64,000 nucleotides of DNA, taken from positions 49,786,001 to 49,850,000 of the forward strand of contig OX597828.1 in the NCBI GenBank assembly GCA_951406725.2, in the 5' to 3' direction. The notes beneath the pieces are model-generated. The model ran no database searches. It saw nothing but the letters and a program-made list of their open reading frames with translations, and was not told where the DNA came from. Origin of the DNA: Octopus vulgaris (Eukaryota). Of the stretch, positions 12,601 to 54,135 are shown piece by piece. Both the position numbers and the translations under genes were made by a program. Numbering within the stretch: position 1 is the stretch's first letter; each line of letters opens with the position of its first letter.

Positions 12601-15600
12601 ACATTTTTGTCAATTTTACTTCAATTTTTGTTCAGCCCCAAGTCAATCTTAACTCAGCAGGCGCTTTTAATCAAAGGCGTTCCACCCATGACCTTTTTCT
12701 TTAAAACTGCAAGGTGTGATTAGAAGCAGAATTGATTGCTACTTTTAGTAGATCAAGGAACTATTAAGAGGTTCCTTTGTTGTGTTATTACTTGGTCTAT
12801 ACTGTGAGCTATAACAGCAGTAAAAACAACAAACTGCACAATGGAATTGTACGAGGAACCATGTGGTTGTAGAGCAAAATTCTTAACCACACAACTATTG
12901 CTTAGAGCTGAAGTATTTGTTATCCCTGGAGAGAGAGGGGCGAGCCATCTTTGACGCTGTAAGATAAGATATAATATGAAGTGTAACAGGAGTGGCTACG
13001 TGGTTGTAGCTTGCTTACCAACCACATGGTCCTGAGTTCAGTCCCATTGCGTGGCACCTTGGGCAAGTGTCTTCTACTATAGCCTCAGGCCGACCAAAGC
13101 CTTGTGAGTGGATTTGGTAGACAGAAACTGGAAGAAGCCCGTCATATATAAACATATATATATATGAATATGTGTGCATATGTTTGTCTCCCCAATATCG
13201 CTTGACAACTGATGCTGGTGTGTTTACGCCCTCGTTACTTAGCGGTTCGGCAAAAGAGACCGATAGAATAAGTACTAGGCTTACAAAGAATAAGTCCTAG
13301 GGTTGATTTGTTCAACTAAAAGCGGTGCTCCAGCATGGCCACAGTGAAATGACTGAAACAAGTAAAAGAGCATATATAAACCCTGACTCACTTAGCAGCA
13401 GCGGCAACAGCCTGTTGGGAAGCTCCCTTCTTGCGTTTCTTATTTTCTGGCTCATCATCCTTTTTCTTTTTTGGTCTTTCCATATAGGTACCTTTCATCT
13501 TAGCAATGATATCAGAATCTTTCTTGGAATATTGTATTCTCTGGAAAAACAAATGTAAAAAAAAAAAAACATTAGCCATTTATTATTATTTTTCAAATCA
13601 TCATCACTTAACATCCGCTTTCCTTGCTAGCATGGGTTGGATGATTTGACTGAGGTTTGGTGAACCAGATGGTTGCACCAGACTCCAATCTAATCTGGCA
13701 GAGTTTCTACAGCTGGATGCCCTTCCTAACACCAACCAGTGTGTAGTAAAAATACAAAATCAAGGATACATTCCACTTTGAAAGGACAAGACTAAAGCTA
13801 CATAATAGGATCCTTAGCCTCTTTATTTCAATTAATTTAGAAAAGAGAATTTAGTGAAATGACTTTATCATTCTTAAGTTGGTAGTTGGAAAATAAATGA
13901 TCATAGAATTTTGATGGAATGGTTTTAATTCAGATCCTTTTAAATAGGAAGATTTTTTTTTTATCTCAGAAGTCGGGGTATCATCAGGTTCTTTTGGTAT
14001 CAAAAGAGGACAAATCCTGTATATCAATGATTTCATAAAGAAGGGCAAAACAAAAATTTTGACCAGAGTGTAATTCTATATGTGTATATTGATTTCAAAA
14101 TTTGGCACAGGGCCAGAAATTTCAGGGGAGGGGCATAAGCTGATTATATCAGCCTCTAAAGGGCAAAAGGCAAAGTTGACATTGGTGGAAATTGAACTCA
14201 GAACATAGAGATGAATGAAATGCTGCTGAGTATTTCGTCTGACAGGTTAACAATTCTGCTAGCTCACTGCCTTGTTTATATGTATATGGTGAAGGTACAG
14301 ACATGGCTGTGTGGTTGAAAAGATTGTTTCCCAAACATAGGTGGTCATGGGTTTAGTCCTATTGCATGGTACCTTAGATGTCTTCCAAAGAGTCCCAGGC
14401 TGACCAAAGCCTTGTTGTATAGATTTGGCAGATAGTAACTGAAAGAAGCTGTCGTGTGTGTGTGTACCCCTTGGGTTGACATCCTATGATGATTGCAAAT
14501 GAGTATCACTGTCATATGAGCCATGTCGTTCATATACTGTCCTCCATGGTGATATATTACTTTGCTTAGAAACAGGTGAGGATTGGTACAGGAAGGGCAT
14601 CTGGCTGCATAAAATTTACCTCAGCAAATTCTGCCTGACCCATGCAAGCTTAAAGAACCAGGCACTAATGACGATTAAGAATTGATAAAATCTAGCCACA
14701 TGTAGGAAATACACAAACACACATTAAGGAAACATGAAATGTTGATCTTACCATTGGTTTGTCATAGAACGGGAAACCTTGCATTGACCGGAGAGCATTT
14801 GTGGCACTGTTGATGTCTTTAAAAATTACAAAAGCTTGCCCTCGACATTTCAAAGTTTTTAAGGCAACAATGTCAAGAATTTGGCCGAATTGTGAGAAAA
14901 TTGCATATAAAGATTTCTTTAGTTCTAGAAAAAAAGAAACAGAGTATAATCACAGAGAATTATAGAAATATACATCATCATCATCATCATCGTCGTTTAG
15001 CGTCCGTTTTCCATGCTAGCATGGGAGGATTAAAATATATTGGAGAATAGAAAAGATTGGATGTAGGTCAAAAGCTGACCAGAAGAGAATTAATGCATTC
15101 GAGCTTTGGTGTTGGAGAAGACTTTTACGGATTCCATGGACAGGAGGCTCACCAATGGAGAAGTTCTTAACCAGATCAAGCAGAAATTGTTGCTAGAAGC
15201 TAGGATCACCAAGCACAGATTGACATATTTTGGTCATATTGTGCGGAGAAAAATCCCTGGAGAAGGACATCATGCACGGAATGGTCAGTGGTAAGAGAGG
15301 AAGAGACCAACCAAGAACCCGTTGGCTTGACACCATCAAGAGTGACACGGGAATGGCCATAGCCAATCTGAGAGAAGCGACCCGGGATAGAACTGGCTGG
15401 AGAACACTGATCCACCGAGTAACCGAGAGTCAACTTCGACTGAATGGATAGATAGATAGGTCAAGAGTTAGCAGAAGTAAATTAAGGTTAACAAACATGA
15501 CCAATGCTTAGCACGACAATAAAAGAAATGTTAAAGCAACACAATGTAGAATCATTATTATCCAATGTCTCCCCTTCCATGCTGGCATGGGTTGGGCAGT

Positions 15601-16213
15601 GAGACAGGAGTAGACAAGTGAGAAAACTTGCACCAATCTCTACTGCCTGTTTTAGCATACTTTCTACAGTTGGACGTTCTTAATAATGCCAACCACTTTA
15701 CAGTGTATTGAATGCATTTTGCATGGCACCAGTAGCAGTGACATCACCAAGTAACTTGCAAAACTCCTTGATTATGGGGTAGCAGTATTGAAGGAGATGG
15801 CTTTGTGCCAGGCGATGAGGTTAATAGTATGAAGATGGCCAGAAATAAAAGTCTTGCAGTAGAGGAGATATGTGGCTACTCAGTTGGAGTGAATAAAAGA
15901 GAGAAAGTGAAGATGTGATGGGGCTCCAAATGAATTTATGAAACCAAAAATTCCAGGTTATTACATTAAATACACTTCAAGAGTTGTAGCAATCCATATT
16001 CTGGAATGTTATTACATAATGGGAACTTCTAATCACCAGCCAAATTATTGGACCTGTAAAAGAAATCTAGTTTGTCTTTAGGTCCTTGTTAATCTGTTAC
16101 CATCTGAATGATACTTCACTAAATTCCAAAGCACAGCTAGTCAACTTACCATCTTTCTTAATGCTTTCATTCAAATTGTTAATATAAATTGTGTGGTTTG
16201 GTCTGATGTCCAT
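9535..16213 (-). CDS. SNRPA: U1 snRNP A / U2B'' / SNF family protein, two RRMs, 258 aa; join of 16150-16213, 14752-14924, 13392-13540, 12413-12525, 10420-10537, 9535-9694
   Basis: Spliced translation [56 protein letters not shown]...[47 protein letters not shown]...MKITFAKK*. All introns are GT-AG, phases are consistent, total 777 nt. [10 protein letters not shown] matches the single-copy SNF-type protein. Confidence 0.96.
10420..10537 (-). CDS. SNRPA: U1A/SNF coding exon 5 (start of RRM2)
   Basis: [28 protein letters not shown]; tgcag acceptor, gtaagt donor. Confidence 0.95.
10593..10973 (+). mobile_element. SINE family B (GGTCGACTTTGCCTTTCATCCTTTCGGGGTCGATAAA core, Meta-domain-like) with internal tandem duplication
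   Basis: Core repeated twice; flanks acatggaaattttta and acattggaattttta are TSD-like. Confidence 0.82.
12413..12525 (-). CDS. SNRPA: U1A/SNF coding exon 4 (P/Q-rich linker)
   Basis: [37 protein letters not shown]; phase-2 in, phase-1 out, matching its neighbours. Confidence 0.88.
12985..13370 (+). mobile_element. tRNA-derived SINE, family A
   Basis: High similarity to 3836-4220; ends about 20 nt from the U1A exon 3 donor. Confidence 0.85.
13392..13540 (-). CDS. SNRPA: U1A/SNF coding exon 3 (helix C and basic linker)
   Basis: [29 protein letters not shown]...; ttccag acceptor, gtgagt donor. Confidence 0.95.
14752..14924 (-). CDS. SNRPA: U1A/SNF coding exon 2 (RRM1 core)
   Basis: [57 protein letters not shown]; ttctag acceptor, gtaag donor. 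Confidence 0.96.
15070..15458 (+). mobile_element. RTE (BovB-like) LINE 3' end
   Basis: [19 protein letters not shown]...LTYFGHIVR...[26 protein letters not shown]; short GATA tail. Confidence 0.88.
16150..16213 (-). CDS. SNRPA: U1A/SNF coding exon 1 (exon starts at 16228 with 15 nt of 5' UTR)
   Basis: ATG at 16213; [21 protein letters not shown]; donor G|GTAAG; acceptor ttttccag upstream. Confidence 0.95.
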
Positions 16214-16800
16214 AGTGGTTGAAAATGACTGGAAAAGAAATTTAAGTAATATTAGTAGAATTACTAGAGAATTTCAAGAAGTAGGGATTGTTGTTGTTGA
16301 CTGTAGAATATATAATATTGATTTCAAATTTTGGTACAAGGCCAGCAATTCTAAGGGGCGGGGGAAGCTAATTACATCAACCACAGTGCTCAACCATTAC
16401 TTATTTTATTGAGCTCGAAAGGAATGGCAAAGTTGACCTTGGCAGAATTTGAACTCAGAACATAAAGATGGACAAAATGCCACTAAGCATTTTGCTTGGC
16501 ATGCTAACGGTACAGCCAGCTTGCTGCTTTTGTTGAATATATATTAAGAGAAAAGTAAATGACTGAAAAATTTATAAGTTGTCTGTCTTGTTTGCATATA
16601 TAAAAAATATATAATAATAACAATAACTGTAGGATGGAATGTATAAATATTTAATACATCGCTATGCGTGTTTCCACAAATCAGATGATTTTAACATCAG
16701 AGTCGGTATCCTTGGGATTAGTACAGTATAGTTCATATTAACTGCAGACATCCAACTGATCATCATTGATTCATCCCTTCTTACTAGTATGAAAGCTAAT

Positions 16801-17130
16801 ATCATCATCGTTTAACGTCCGCTTTCCATGCTAGCATGGGTTGGACGGTTAGACTGGGGTCTGGGAAGCCAGGAGGCTGCACCAGGCCCAGTCTGATCTG
16901 GCAGTGTTTCTACAGCTGGATGCCCTTCCTAACGCCAAACACGGGTGCTTTTTACGTGCCAAGCAAGGCTGCCAACAGCCACGATCGGTTGGTGCTTTTT
17001 ACATGCCACCGGCATGGAGGCCAGTCGGGGTGGCGCTGGCAACGGCCACGTTCAGATGGTTCTTTTACGTGCCACCGGCACTGGTATCACAACTACAATT
17101 TCCATTGATTTTTGAGCGATTTCGATTTTG
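16801..17130 (-). mobile_element. Family C retroposon (minus strand)
   Basis: catcatcgtttaacgtccgctttccatgctagcatgg start. Confidence 0.8.
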
Positions 17131-20100
17131 AATCTAGCTATAAAAAATATATTAAACACATGACAAAACTTTTCGCTTAATAAATCCATTACCATATTTC
17201 TGTTGAAATATATTGCCTTAGTTTCAGCTAATTTTGTACCAATGAAGAATTTGGTAAAATAATTTTGTCATTACTGAGCTGGTGTTGAGAACATAATTTA
17301 CCACGAAAATTTTATGGCAGGCTTTAATTGAAATAATTTTAAGCCTCAATAGCACTCTCCAGTGGGTTGGAATCAAAAAGGTTAGCAGCAGATTTTGAAA
17401 ACCCAAGATCCATACACGATTCATGATGTGAATAGATTTAGATCTTGGTATAAGCTCATGAGTAAGATCTCTTTTTTTTTTCCATATGTTTCACCCAAAT
17501 ACACGAAGGAAACCACTTTAACAATGAAGACACAGCTACAACTTGACCCCGCCTCCCACCAATTCAATATAGGTTTTTCTTCGACTGCATATGTCCTAAA
17601 ATATCTTGTTCAAGCAAGATCTGACTTCAAGTAGCTCAGATCATGTTCGAGATGTCTTGGAAAGGAAGAACAAGGTGTAAACACCATGCAGGAAAGTGCA
17701 AAATGGCATGAAAATTTTTTGAATCTCTAACCTCTCTTAACTTGAGAGTATCATCATAGCAGTAACCAAGGCAATCGTCCCTTATGGGTGTGAAACCTGA
17801 ATACTCACTGGATCCATAAACAAGTCTCTGAATGACTGCTCCTGATGGCCTTCAATATCAGATGAATACAGATAGTAATCAATAGACAACTCTATGACAG
17901 CTTTCTCCTGTCAACCAACATTATCAGTGACAACCAGTGCTACTCACCAGTCATGGCATCATCTGGAAACTGACCCATGAGAGGGTAAACTGCTAACTGT
18001 TCCTCTAGAACCAAAGCCAAGACCGTGATAGCAGGTATGATAAACTTAGGATAATGATAGAAAGGGGTGTATCATACATCCGTCATATTTATATACAGCC
18101 ACCTTCCCAAAGTACACCTGTCTTTATCCAATAATTTAGTGGATATCTAAGACCACCAATTTTTTGTAATATCATGTAAAAAGCACCATTCGTGTGTGGT
18201 CGATGCCAGTGCCACCTGACTGGCCCCCATGCCGGTGGTACGTAAAAAAGCACCCACTACACTCTCGGAGTGGTTGACATTAGGAAGGGTATCCAGCTGT
18301 AGAAACCTCTGCCAGATCAGATTGGAGCAGGGTCCAGCCTCCTGGCTTGACAGTCCTCAGTCAAACCATCAAACCTATACCAGCATGGAAAGCGAACATT
18401 AAATGATGATAACGATACCAACAAAGTAGATGCATTACTGTAATTCTATATATTAAGTGTCTTTAGACACACATACAAGTATAGGAAATCAAATGTGTAT
18501 CAGATACTTTTTATTAAAATTCTCTATGTGTTGAATGGGTCTTTTATCACACAATATCTTAACATTTGCTGCATTCCTTTGTCATTGCCATTGTGAAGTT
18601 CAACAAATTTGAACTGACACCAATTCTGTCCATTTCTTGGTTTTATTTTGTTTCTCCCCCAGTTTCCTTCAACTCAGATCTCCCAACACTTTTTACCCAT
18701 CTGTTGTCTATAGGCATTATATTTCCATACAAACACAGTTGTATCTTCCTTGCATGCTACAGCTGATTCCTCTATTACCAATTTTCCCCTCTCAGCTAGG
18801 TTCATTTCTCTCCAATCTTCAACCCTCCTTAGTATTAGTATGCCAGCATCTCACTGCTATGTAGTAACATAGTTTATAGACAAGTAATGTACAATCTACC
18901 CTTTGCTCAAAGAGAGAATTCCCTTGCTGTTAACAGAGCTAAAAATCTCCCTAAACTTTCTTCACCCAATTCTTAATCCAGTTACTATGATTTCAGAAAA
19001 ACCTCCACTGTTTGATTAGGTTGCCTGGGTAACACAAGCTACTAAACTACTCCTATGGAGTTTTTTGAACATAGCAAGGAATTTATTTTATTAGGGTTCT
19101 GATTGCCAGACTCCATCTATTCATCTGCCACAACTTAAGTATTTATTCACTGCCAGTCCGGTTTTGATTCCCTAACCTCTTTACATCCACAGATTGCATT
19201 GAGAATATATGGAATTTCTACAGACTTCTTTTTTTTAAACTGAGCATGCTATTTTCATGATGGCAGTAGAGGTCTCTCTTCTTTCCTACTTTTTAAAGCT
19301 AAATCTTTGCCAAGTTTATTCAGAGGAATCTCAATTTTAGGTTCTGTTTCCACGCCTGGAATTTCTTCTCTAAGTCTTCCAGATTATTCTAAAACGACTA
19401 AGTCATTTCAGTTTCCATAAACAATCTTAAACTCTTCTATCAAAACTTGGAGAACTATAAACTAAAGAGCAATAACTATGAAAATGGATGAGTGGACTAT
19501 TCAATATTGGGTCTGGAGTTCAAATCCTTTAGACACCAATCTTAAAAGTCAAACAAAAGAGCAATAACAATGAAGATGGCTGAGTAAACTACTTAATTTG
19601 GGGTCTGGAGTTCAATGTTTGTTGGAACAGTATTTTCCCAGAAAGAGAATGTTACAGGTTTGAAATTATAAAAACCTAATTATCTCACCTGAGTTTCAAC
19701 ACAACTTTATTGTATTGAAACTCTGTGCGATGCTTGACCCGCCAAAAGTGTGTATCTACACACACATATATATCGCGATCTTTTTGCTTTAAAGTGCCAA
19801 TCAAGTACTAAAATCGATTTAATCAAGTTACCTCCACTTCATCCGAAATTACTAGGCTTGTCCCTAAATTAAAACAATACTTTAGTATTAGTAATGAAAA
19901 AAATCATTCTGACTTTATAAACTTTACTTCTATTGCCGAATAAATACGCCACTTTCACTTTGTAATCCTAAAGCGAGATAGTTGACGGGAACTTTACAAA
20001 TTTTGATTCAACTTTCAGTAAAGAAACATCGAAAGAATGCCTAATTATCTCATTAGTAAATGTTCCGTTGTTAACTTAAAATTTCCCTGAAAAAAACTTA

Positions 20101-20941
20101 TCCAAACGTACACGTATATGTGCTTATGTGTCAACTGTCTCAATGCGGGGTCCCAGGGTTGACTAAAATTTCATAAGAATATCGGTGTTTCCCCTTGTAT
20201 TACACGTATTACAATCGAGGATGTGAACAGACCCGTTTTATTTATTTAGAGATTTACCGATTTCTTCTCCCGCCACCCACTATTTTACCACTTCTGTTTA
20301 GTGGGACACAAGGATGCCAACAGCATCCTCTGTGAATTCTTGAATCGAAAGAATACCAAAATAATTATAAAACAATAGACTGTTTAAGGCAGACGCTAAT
20401 ACCAATTCGCCTTTTTTCTTTTTAATTTTTAGCCTGAACCCCTTGTATCGTTAAGTCAATATTTCGGGACCCTCGTATCCTGCTATTAAGTTGCACTTTT
20501 TCGAAGAATACCGAAATAATGGCTGTTTCAGACTTTGATTATGTAAAACAATGAAATTATAGACGAGATATACGCAGATCTCTGGACAAAATTTAGAATA
20601 TACATGCACATACACACACACGTTGCACATCATATAAACCTTTTATATATATATATATATATATATGTGTATATATATAAATATATATAAAGAGAAATCG
20701 ACGCCATATCCCGGTAAATTCGGTTAATAGTTCAAAATTGCTGAATAAAATCTAATTAAATGAATTAATTACTCACCTTTTAACAGAATATATGATGAAC
20801 AACTGTACTTAAGATATTCAAGTGTATATCAGTAACACTATGTGCTAAAAATATATGTATATATATGCGTGTATATATATATTGTTATAGACACATCTAC
20901 GCAGAGAAGAGGAAATATACAAACAGCGGCTTTTCTCTTAC

Positions 20942-20975
20942 CTCGTGGGTCATTCGTTCACTTCCTGTTTGGTTA
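20942..20975 (-). other. SNRPA: Probable non-coding first exon of the U1A/SNF gene (5' end approximate)
   Basis: Strong minus-strand donor CGAG|GTAAGA at 20942/20941 in the CpG-richer promoter zone; the ATG exon begins with an acceptor, so an upstream exon is required. Confidence 0.6.
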
Positions 20976-21191
20976 AAGTTTATCGATTTCTGATGATTTA
21001 TTTAATTACTACTATATTTTTAGAATTCTTCGTTTAAATGAAAGAAATATATTTAGAATTCGATTAAAAATATAACGAGTTTGACAATCGAAAATTTGAA
21101 GGTGGCGGACGATGAAGTCTCGTTACCGCGTGAGTTTAGATCAGCCATTTTGAGCAAGGTTTGATGGACAAACTCGACTTCTGGTCGCAAA
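20955..21191. promoter_or_regulatory. Bidirectional promoter between U1A/SNF and VPS26
   Basis: First exons diverge within about 250 bp; ETS-like CACTTCCTG at about 20959, DRE-like TATCGAT at 20981, YY1-like GCCATTTTG at 21144; CpG retained locally. Confidence 0.7.
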
Positions 21192-49224
<28,033 letters not shown>

Positions 49225-49339
49225 TGTTTTCTTCTTTTTGCAGTGATTGCATGTGGAGACCGGTAGCTCTGTCCGATGACAAACCCTGAAACAGTATATA
49301 GTGACTGATGATGATGCAAAAATTATGCTATCAAAGGAG

Positions 49340-49372
<33 letters not shown>

Positions 49373-49775
49373 TATATATATATATATGTATGTATATGTT
49401 TAGGCAGTGTCTTAACATTGCTTCTGTTCTATTACAAAGAAATATCCAAACTCTCTGTTGACCAAAAACTCTTATCTAATCAAACCAAAACAAAACAAAA
49501 AACAACACTTTTCTTTTGTCTTTTCTGTTTAATCCCTCTGCTCTTTTTTTTTTTTTTTAATTGATTTATTTGTAATTCTATATCAACTGAAATTATCATG
49601 GACATTTCAACATTTTTGAGGGTCTTTTTTTTTCTTCTTCTTTTGTCTTTGTTTTTTCAAACATTGTTGTTATTCATTTTCCTCTGTTAATTTTCCCCCA
49701 GGAAATGTCCTCGTCCACCATACTGCTAAAAGTTAACGAATAGTAATTACACATTCTCTTTCGATCCCATTCTTT

Positions 49776-49816
<41 letters not shown>

Positions 49817-50694
49817 TTCCGTATTATATACAGTGTAAAAAAAAAAACACGAATAGCTGTTTTGAACTTGCTATTTCTTATGTTAATATGATATACATCA
49901 ATTTACATTATTTTATGAAAAATAAATATTTGAAAAACACATTTCAAGCAGAAATCAATTATTTTGGAATAATGTGTAAAATGTGTGTGCGTGTGTATGT
50001 ATATATATATATAGATATATATATAGGTATATACACACACATGCACAACTTTTACTGTTATATCTATCTAAACAAGTTATCCCCAAACAAACAAAAATCT
50101 GAGGTTAATTTGTACATATTTTTACAAGTTTAATTTGAGACTAATTTGTACATATTTATTGAAAAGAATCTGGTCAAACAAAGATTATAGTTTTTTTTCT
50201 TTCTTTTGTTTTTTTTTATTCTTTACTTTTTAAGAAAAATTGACTTTCAAAGCATTTAGATGAAAGTCTTTTCAAGTTTCTTCAAAGAGGTGCGAACCAT
50301 TAAACCTCTGCCTCAGGAAGCCTTTCGTTAGATGATGCTTTCACCAGGTTATTTCTTGTACTGCTACCTAAATCTTACCTGATGTTACAGCTTCTTTTGG
50401 ATGAACACAAATATTAACAACACTAATAATTGTTATCTTTACTCCTTGTTCAGACTACAACAGAGTAAATATCTTAAAATTCTCCTGTTGACACTGGTAT
50501 ATTTGTGTGTGTGTGCGTGTGTATGTATGTTTGTGTGTATGCACAACATTTTAATGAATGGTTTTTATGGAGCTGTGCTGATCCCTCAAGTTTGTGCGTA
50601 TGTGTGGAGTTAGCTGAGTGCTTTACTTCGACTTTCTTCATTCCCACCCCTACAACCCTTAAATAATTTTGAAGATTAGAAAACTTAAGAAGAA

Positions 50695-50700
50695 AATAAA
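50695..50700 (+). terminator. Candidate VPS26 poly(A) signal (another AATAAA at 49921)
   Basis: AATAAA followed by GT/T-rich sequence (ttgtatttgtgtt). Confidence 0.4.
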
Positions 50701-50894
50701 TTTTATAAAATTGTATTTGTGTTTAGCTGTAATTTATTTTCCTCAAAACAAAAAAGCTCCACCACAAAGAATGGTGGCAGGTGTTTAGCTATTTATTATG
50801 TTTCTTCTTTACAACTTTTAGAGTGGCAGAAACAGCAAGCATTAACCTTCGGAGTTCAAATGTAGTTTAGGGTTTATTCTAATTTGGGGATCAG

Positions 50895-51308
50895 GGATCT
50901 TTTCGGTTTCAACAGCAGTTTTTTCTAGCGGTGACATAAGAAATTGTCACCCATAATTATGACCCTAGTATCGATCTATTGCATTTCAATCTGTTTTAGG
51001 GTTAGGGGTGGGGGGGAAGGGTATCTTTTTTTCTTCAGAAACATAAATAAACCCAATCTATTTCTTAAACGAGGGACATATTCATATGGCACAGAATGTT
51101 TTTTACCTCAATAGATGTCACTGATTAGTTGAAATTGCAGAAATTGAAGAAAAAAAAAACAACAAATATCTTACAAACTATAGAATTTTCTCAATAAAGC
51201 CAAGAGAAAAAGATGTTTTATAAACACATTCTACCAGTATACGAAGTTTAAAAGTGTTTAGTTACATGGAAATTATGTTAAAAACTGCCGTTCAAACTGA
51301 AAAGATCC
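50895..51308. mobile_element. MITE with GG-starting TIRs and 8-bp TSD (Merlin-like)
   Basis: ggatcttttcggtttcaacagcagttttt / aaaaactgccgttcaaactgaaaagatcc; flanks gggatcag and aggatcag. Confidence 0.8.
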
Positions 51309-52090
51309 AGGATCAGTTCTATTGATCATTCCATGCAAGCATGAAAAAACAACAAAATAAAGGAATTAAAAAAAAAAAGACGTAATATATTGGGGGTGGT
51401 TGAGCTGTATATTATCTACAATTGGGTTCCACTTTTTAGATTAATCTCTTTACAACCAATCAACTGTGTTCTACTTTCTCTCTCCTATCATCACCTTCTG
51501 TCTCTCATTAACATCCATCACCCTCTTCCTTTACAATAGTCCACTGTCTTTATTCTCCATCTCTCTATCTATTTCTTGCTCCCTTCCATTTCTCCCTTTC
51601 CTCTCATACCCTCCCTCTCTCTCTCTCTCTCCACTATCACTTCCCTCTTCATGTTGTCTTAAATTTTGGGTCACACTCAAACATTTGCTAAGATGTTTAG
51701 TATTCACATTCAAATCTCCTTTGCTGTTTCTATACAATCTTTTTATAGACAACCATCCTCCTCTTTCTCTCTCTTCTATTAAATTTCCTTACTTGTAGCT
51801 GCTGTCATTCTCTTTCTCCAGTAATCTCTGGCTCTCTTCCCACCTGGCCATAAGGTGAAGAAAAGATCAAAGACAACTCAGGCAAGAGGGGACACTCTTC
51901 AATCTTGCTGGGATTAAGACAACCTCATTCATGAACAAAGCAATTTCCAAAGTGATGGTACTACAAGCAAAAGCATCCAGTACTCTTTCTATCACAGTAT
52001 ATATGATAGGAAGAGTATCTAGCTATGAAAATCATACCAAACAAATCTAAGATATGGTCCCCAGCCTGTCTACGAAGGCAGTAAATTAAA

Positions 52091-52292
52091 CCCTTTAGCA
52101 TTCAGTTTACTCTATCAAACGTAATGCTTATTTGTTCACTTCCTTTTGAATTAATCGCGTAGCTTCGAGATTTTGATGTGATTGTTTATTTTCGAATGAC
52201 ATTAAAGGGTAGGTGTGAGAGGCTGGATCTGACCAGTTTGAACATAAGACAGAATATTTTGACCAGATATGGCCAGTTTATTTGCTAAAGGG
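52091..52292. mobile_element. piggyBac-like MITE
   Basis: CCCTTTAGCA...TGCTAAAGGG|TTAA, homologous to 38288-38508. Confidence 0.75.
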
Positions 52293-52671
52293 TTAAATAA
52301 AATCTCACTCAAACTATTATTACCCATGCCAACAAAAGCAACTGAAATTATGATTTCACCAACACCTTTTCAGATTATTAATCACTGCTGTCTCTTCTGT
52401 ACCAGTTCTTCATTATATCCACCTTTTACCTGTTCCCCATCTCTAATCACCTTTCATTCAGCCTTACACTTTTGCAACATCTACCCACCTATGCTCCATG
52501 TTCTCTAGCCCTCACTCACTTCCACTCTGATACCTCATCGTCACTTTTTTTTCTATCTCTTTCCAGCTCAACCACAGTTACTCCTACCCTCTCTTCTATA
52601 ATGTGAGTAGCCATGTAGCTCCTCTACACTAAGAAATCTGTTCTCTTCTGGCCCCTTCTCATATACCTTAA

Positions 52672-52891
52672 CTCTTTCGTTACTGTATTTATTTTGAGAT
52701 ACTCTGTGTTTCTTTCAATTACTTTAAATATAACAAAGAATTTAGTAAAATAACTTAGTTACCATTCAGCTAGTGTTAGGAACATAAATTGTGACTAAGG
52801 TTTGGTGGAAGATTTTAATTCAAAACTTATGAAAACAAGATATTTGTACTCAGAACCAGAGGCAATTTCAGCTGGGTTGGTAATGAAAGGG
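52672..52891. mobile_element. Second piggyBac-like MITE family
   Basis: TTAA|CTCTTTCGTTAC...GTAATGAAAGGG|TTAA. Confidence 0.7.
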
Positions 52892-53779
52892 TTAATCCAT
52901 CAACTTCTAGCATAAAGGTGCTTTCCTTTCTATTGTAGCACCACTCTGTGAGAGGGAATCCTTAGTCTTGCAAGCTGTATGGCAATCTCAATGGCAGGGG
53001 TACCACAACAAAAAACCCCACTATATTTTGTAAAGTTATTAGCATTAGGAAGGCCAGCCAGCCATAGAAACTGTCAAAGCAAACACTGGATCACAATGCA
53101 GTTCTGAGAGCTGTTGGATCCTGTCAAACTGTTCAGCTCATGCCAGCATGAAGCATGGGCATTAAATGATAAGCCTGCTGGCTATTTGCAAGATCAGTGC
53201 TTGAAAAGTCACTGTAATTCTATATATTATTGGTGGTGATGTTTGGTTGGTATACAGTGAGCAGACAGCTGTCACTGAAGAGATGCACTATGTTGAAATC
53301 ACATGATTTGGCAGCTCCAGCACCCATTGCAGATGGATCTCATCTGCCAATGATATTAATGCACCATGCATCCATACGAGAGTTGACTGCATATGCTTTA
53401 GATGCACTTTTGACAAGTTGTGGTGCACCAGAGCACTATACAATAATTTCATTATTATTATTATTTGTATTCAGCTTTCTAACAAAGCATGCATTTTAAG
53501 CTGGATTTAATTATTACCTTTTGCTACTAATACACTTTCTATTGCTTAATATTATATATATATATATATATAAGGCAGAATGATTAGCATGCTGAGCAAA
53601 ATACTTAGCAGCATTTAACCATCTTTACATTCTGAGTTGAAATTGTTATGGTCAACATTGTATTTCACTCTTTCAGGGTTGATAAAATAAGTACCAGTTG
53701 AGAACTTGAGTCAATGTAAGTGACTTACCCCTCCTCCAAATTGCTGGCCTTGTGCCAAAATTTGAAACCAATGAATAGC

Positions 53780-54095
53780 ATCATCATCATCATTTAACAT
53801 CTGCTTTCCATGCTAGCATGGGTTGGACGATTTGACTGAGGTATGGCGAACCAAACTCCAATCTGATATGGCAGAGTCTCTACAGCTGGATGTCCTTCCT
53901 AATGCCAACCACTCTGAGAGTGTAGTGGGTGCTTTTACGTGCCACCGGTACAAGGGCCAGTATGGTGGAACTGGCAATGGCCATGCCCAAATGGTGCTTT
54001 TTATGTGCCACCAGCGATGACTTCGCTCAAATATTTCACATGCCATCAGCACAAGTGCTAGTAAGGTGACACAGTAACGATCACGCTAGACGGTA
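53780..54095 (-). mobile_element. Family C retroposon (minus strand)
   Basis: Reverse-complement core and tail. Confidence 0.75.
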
Positions 54096-54096
54096 A

Positions 54097-54135
<39 letters not shown>

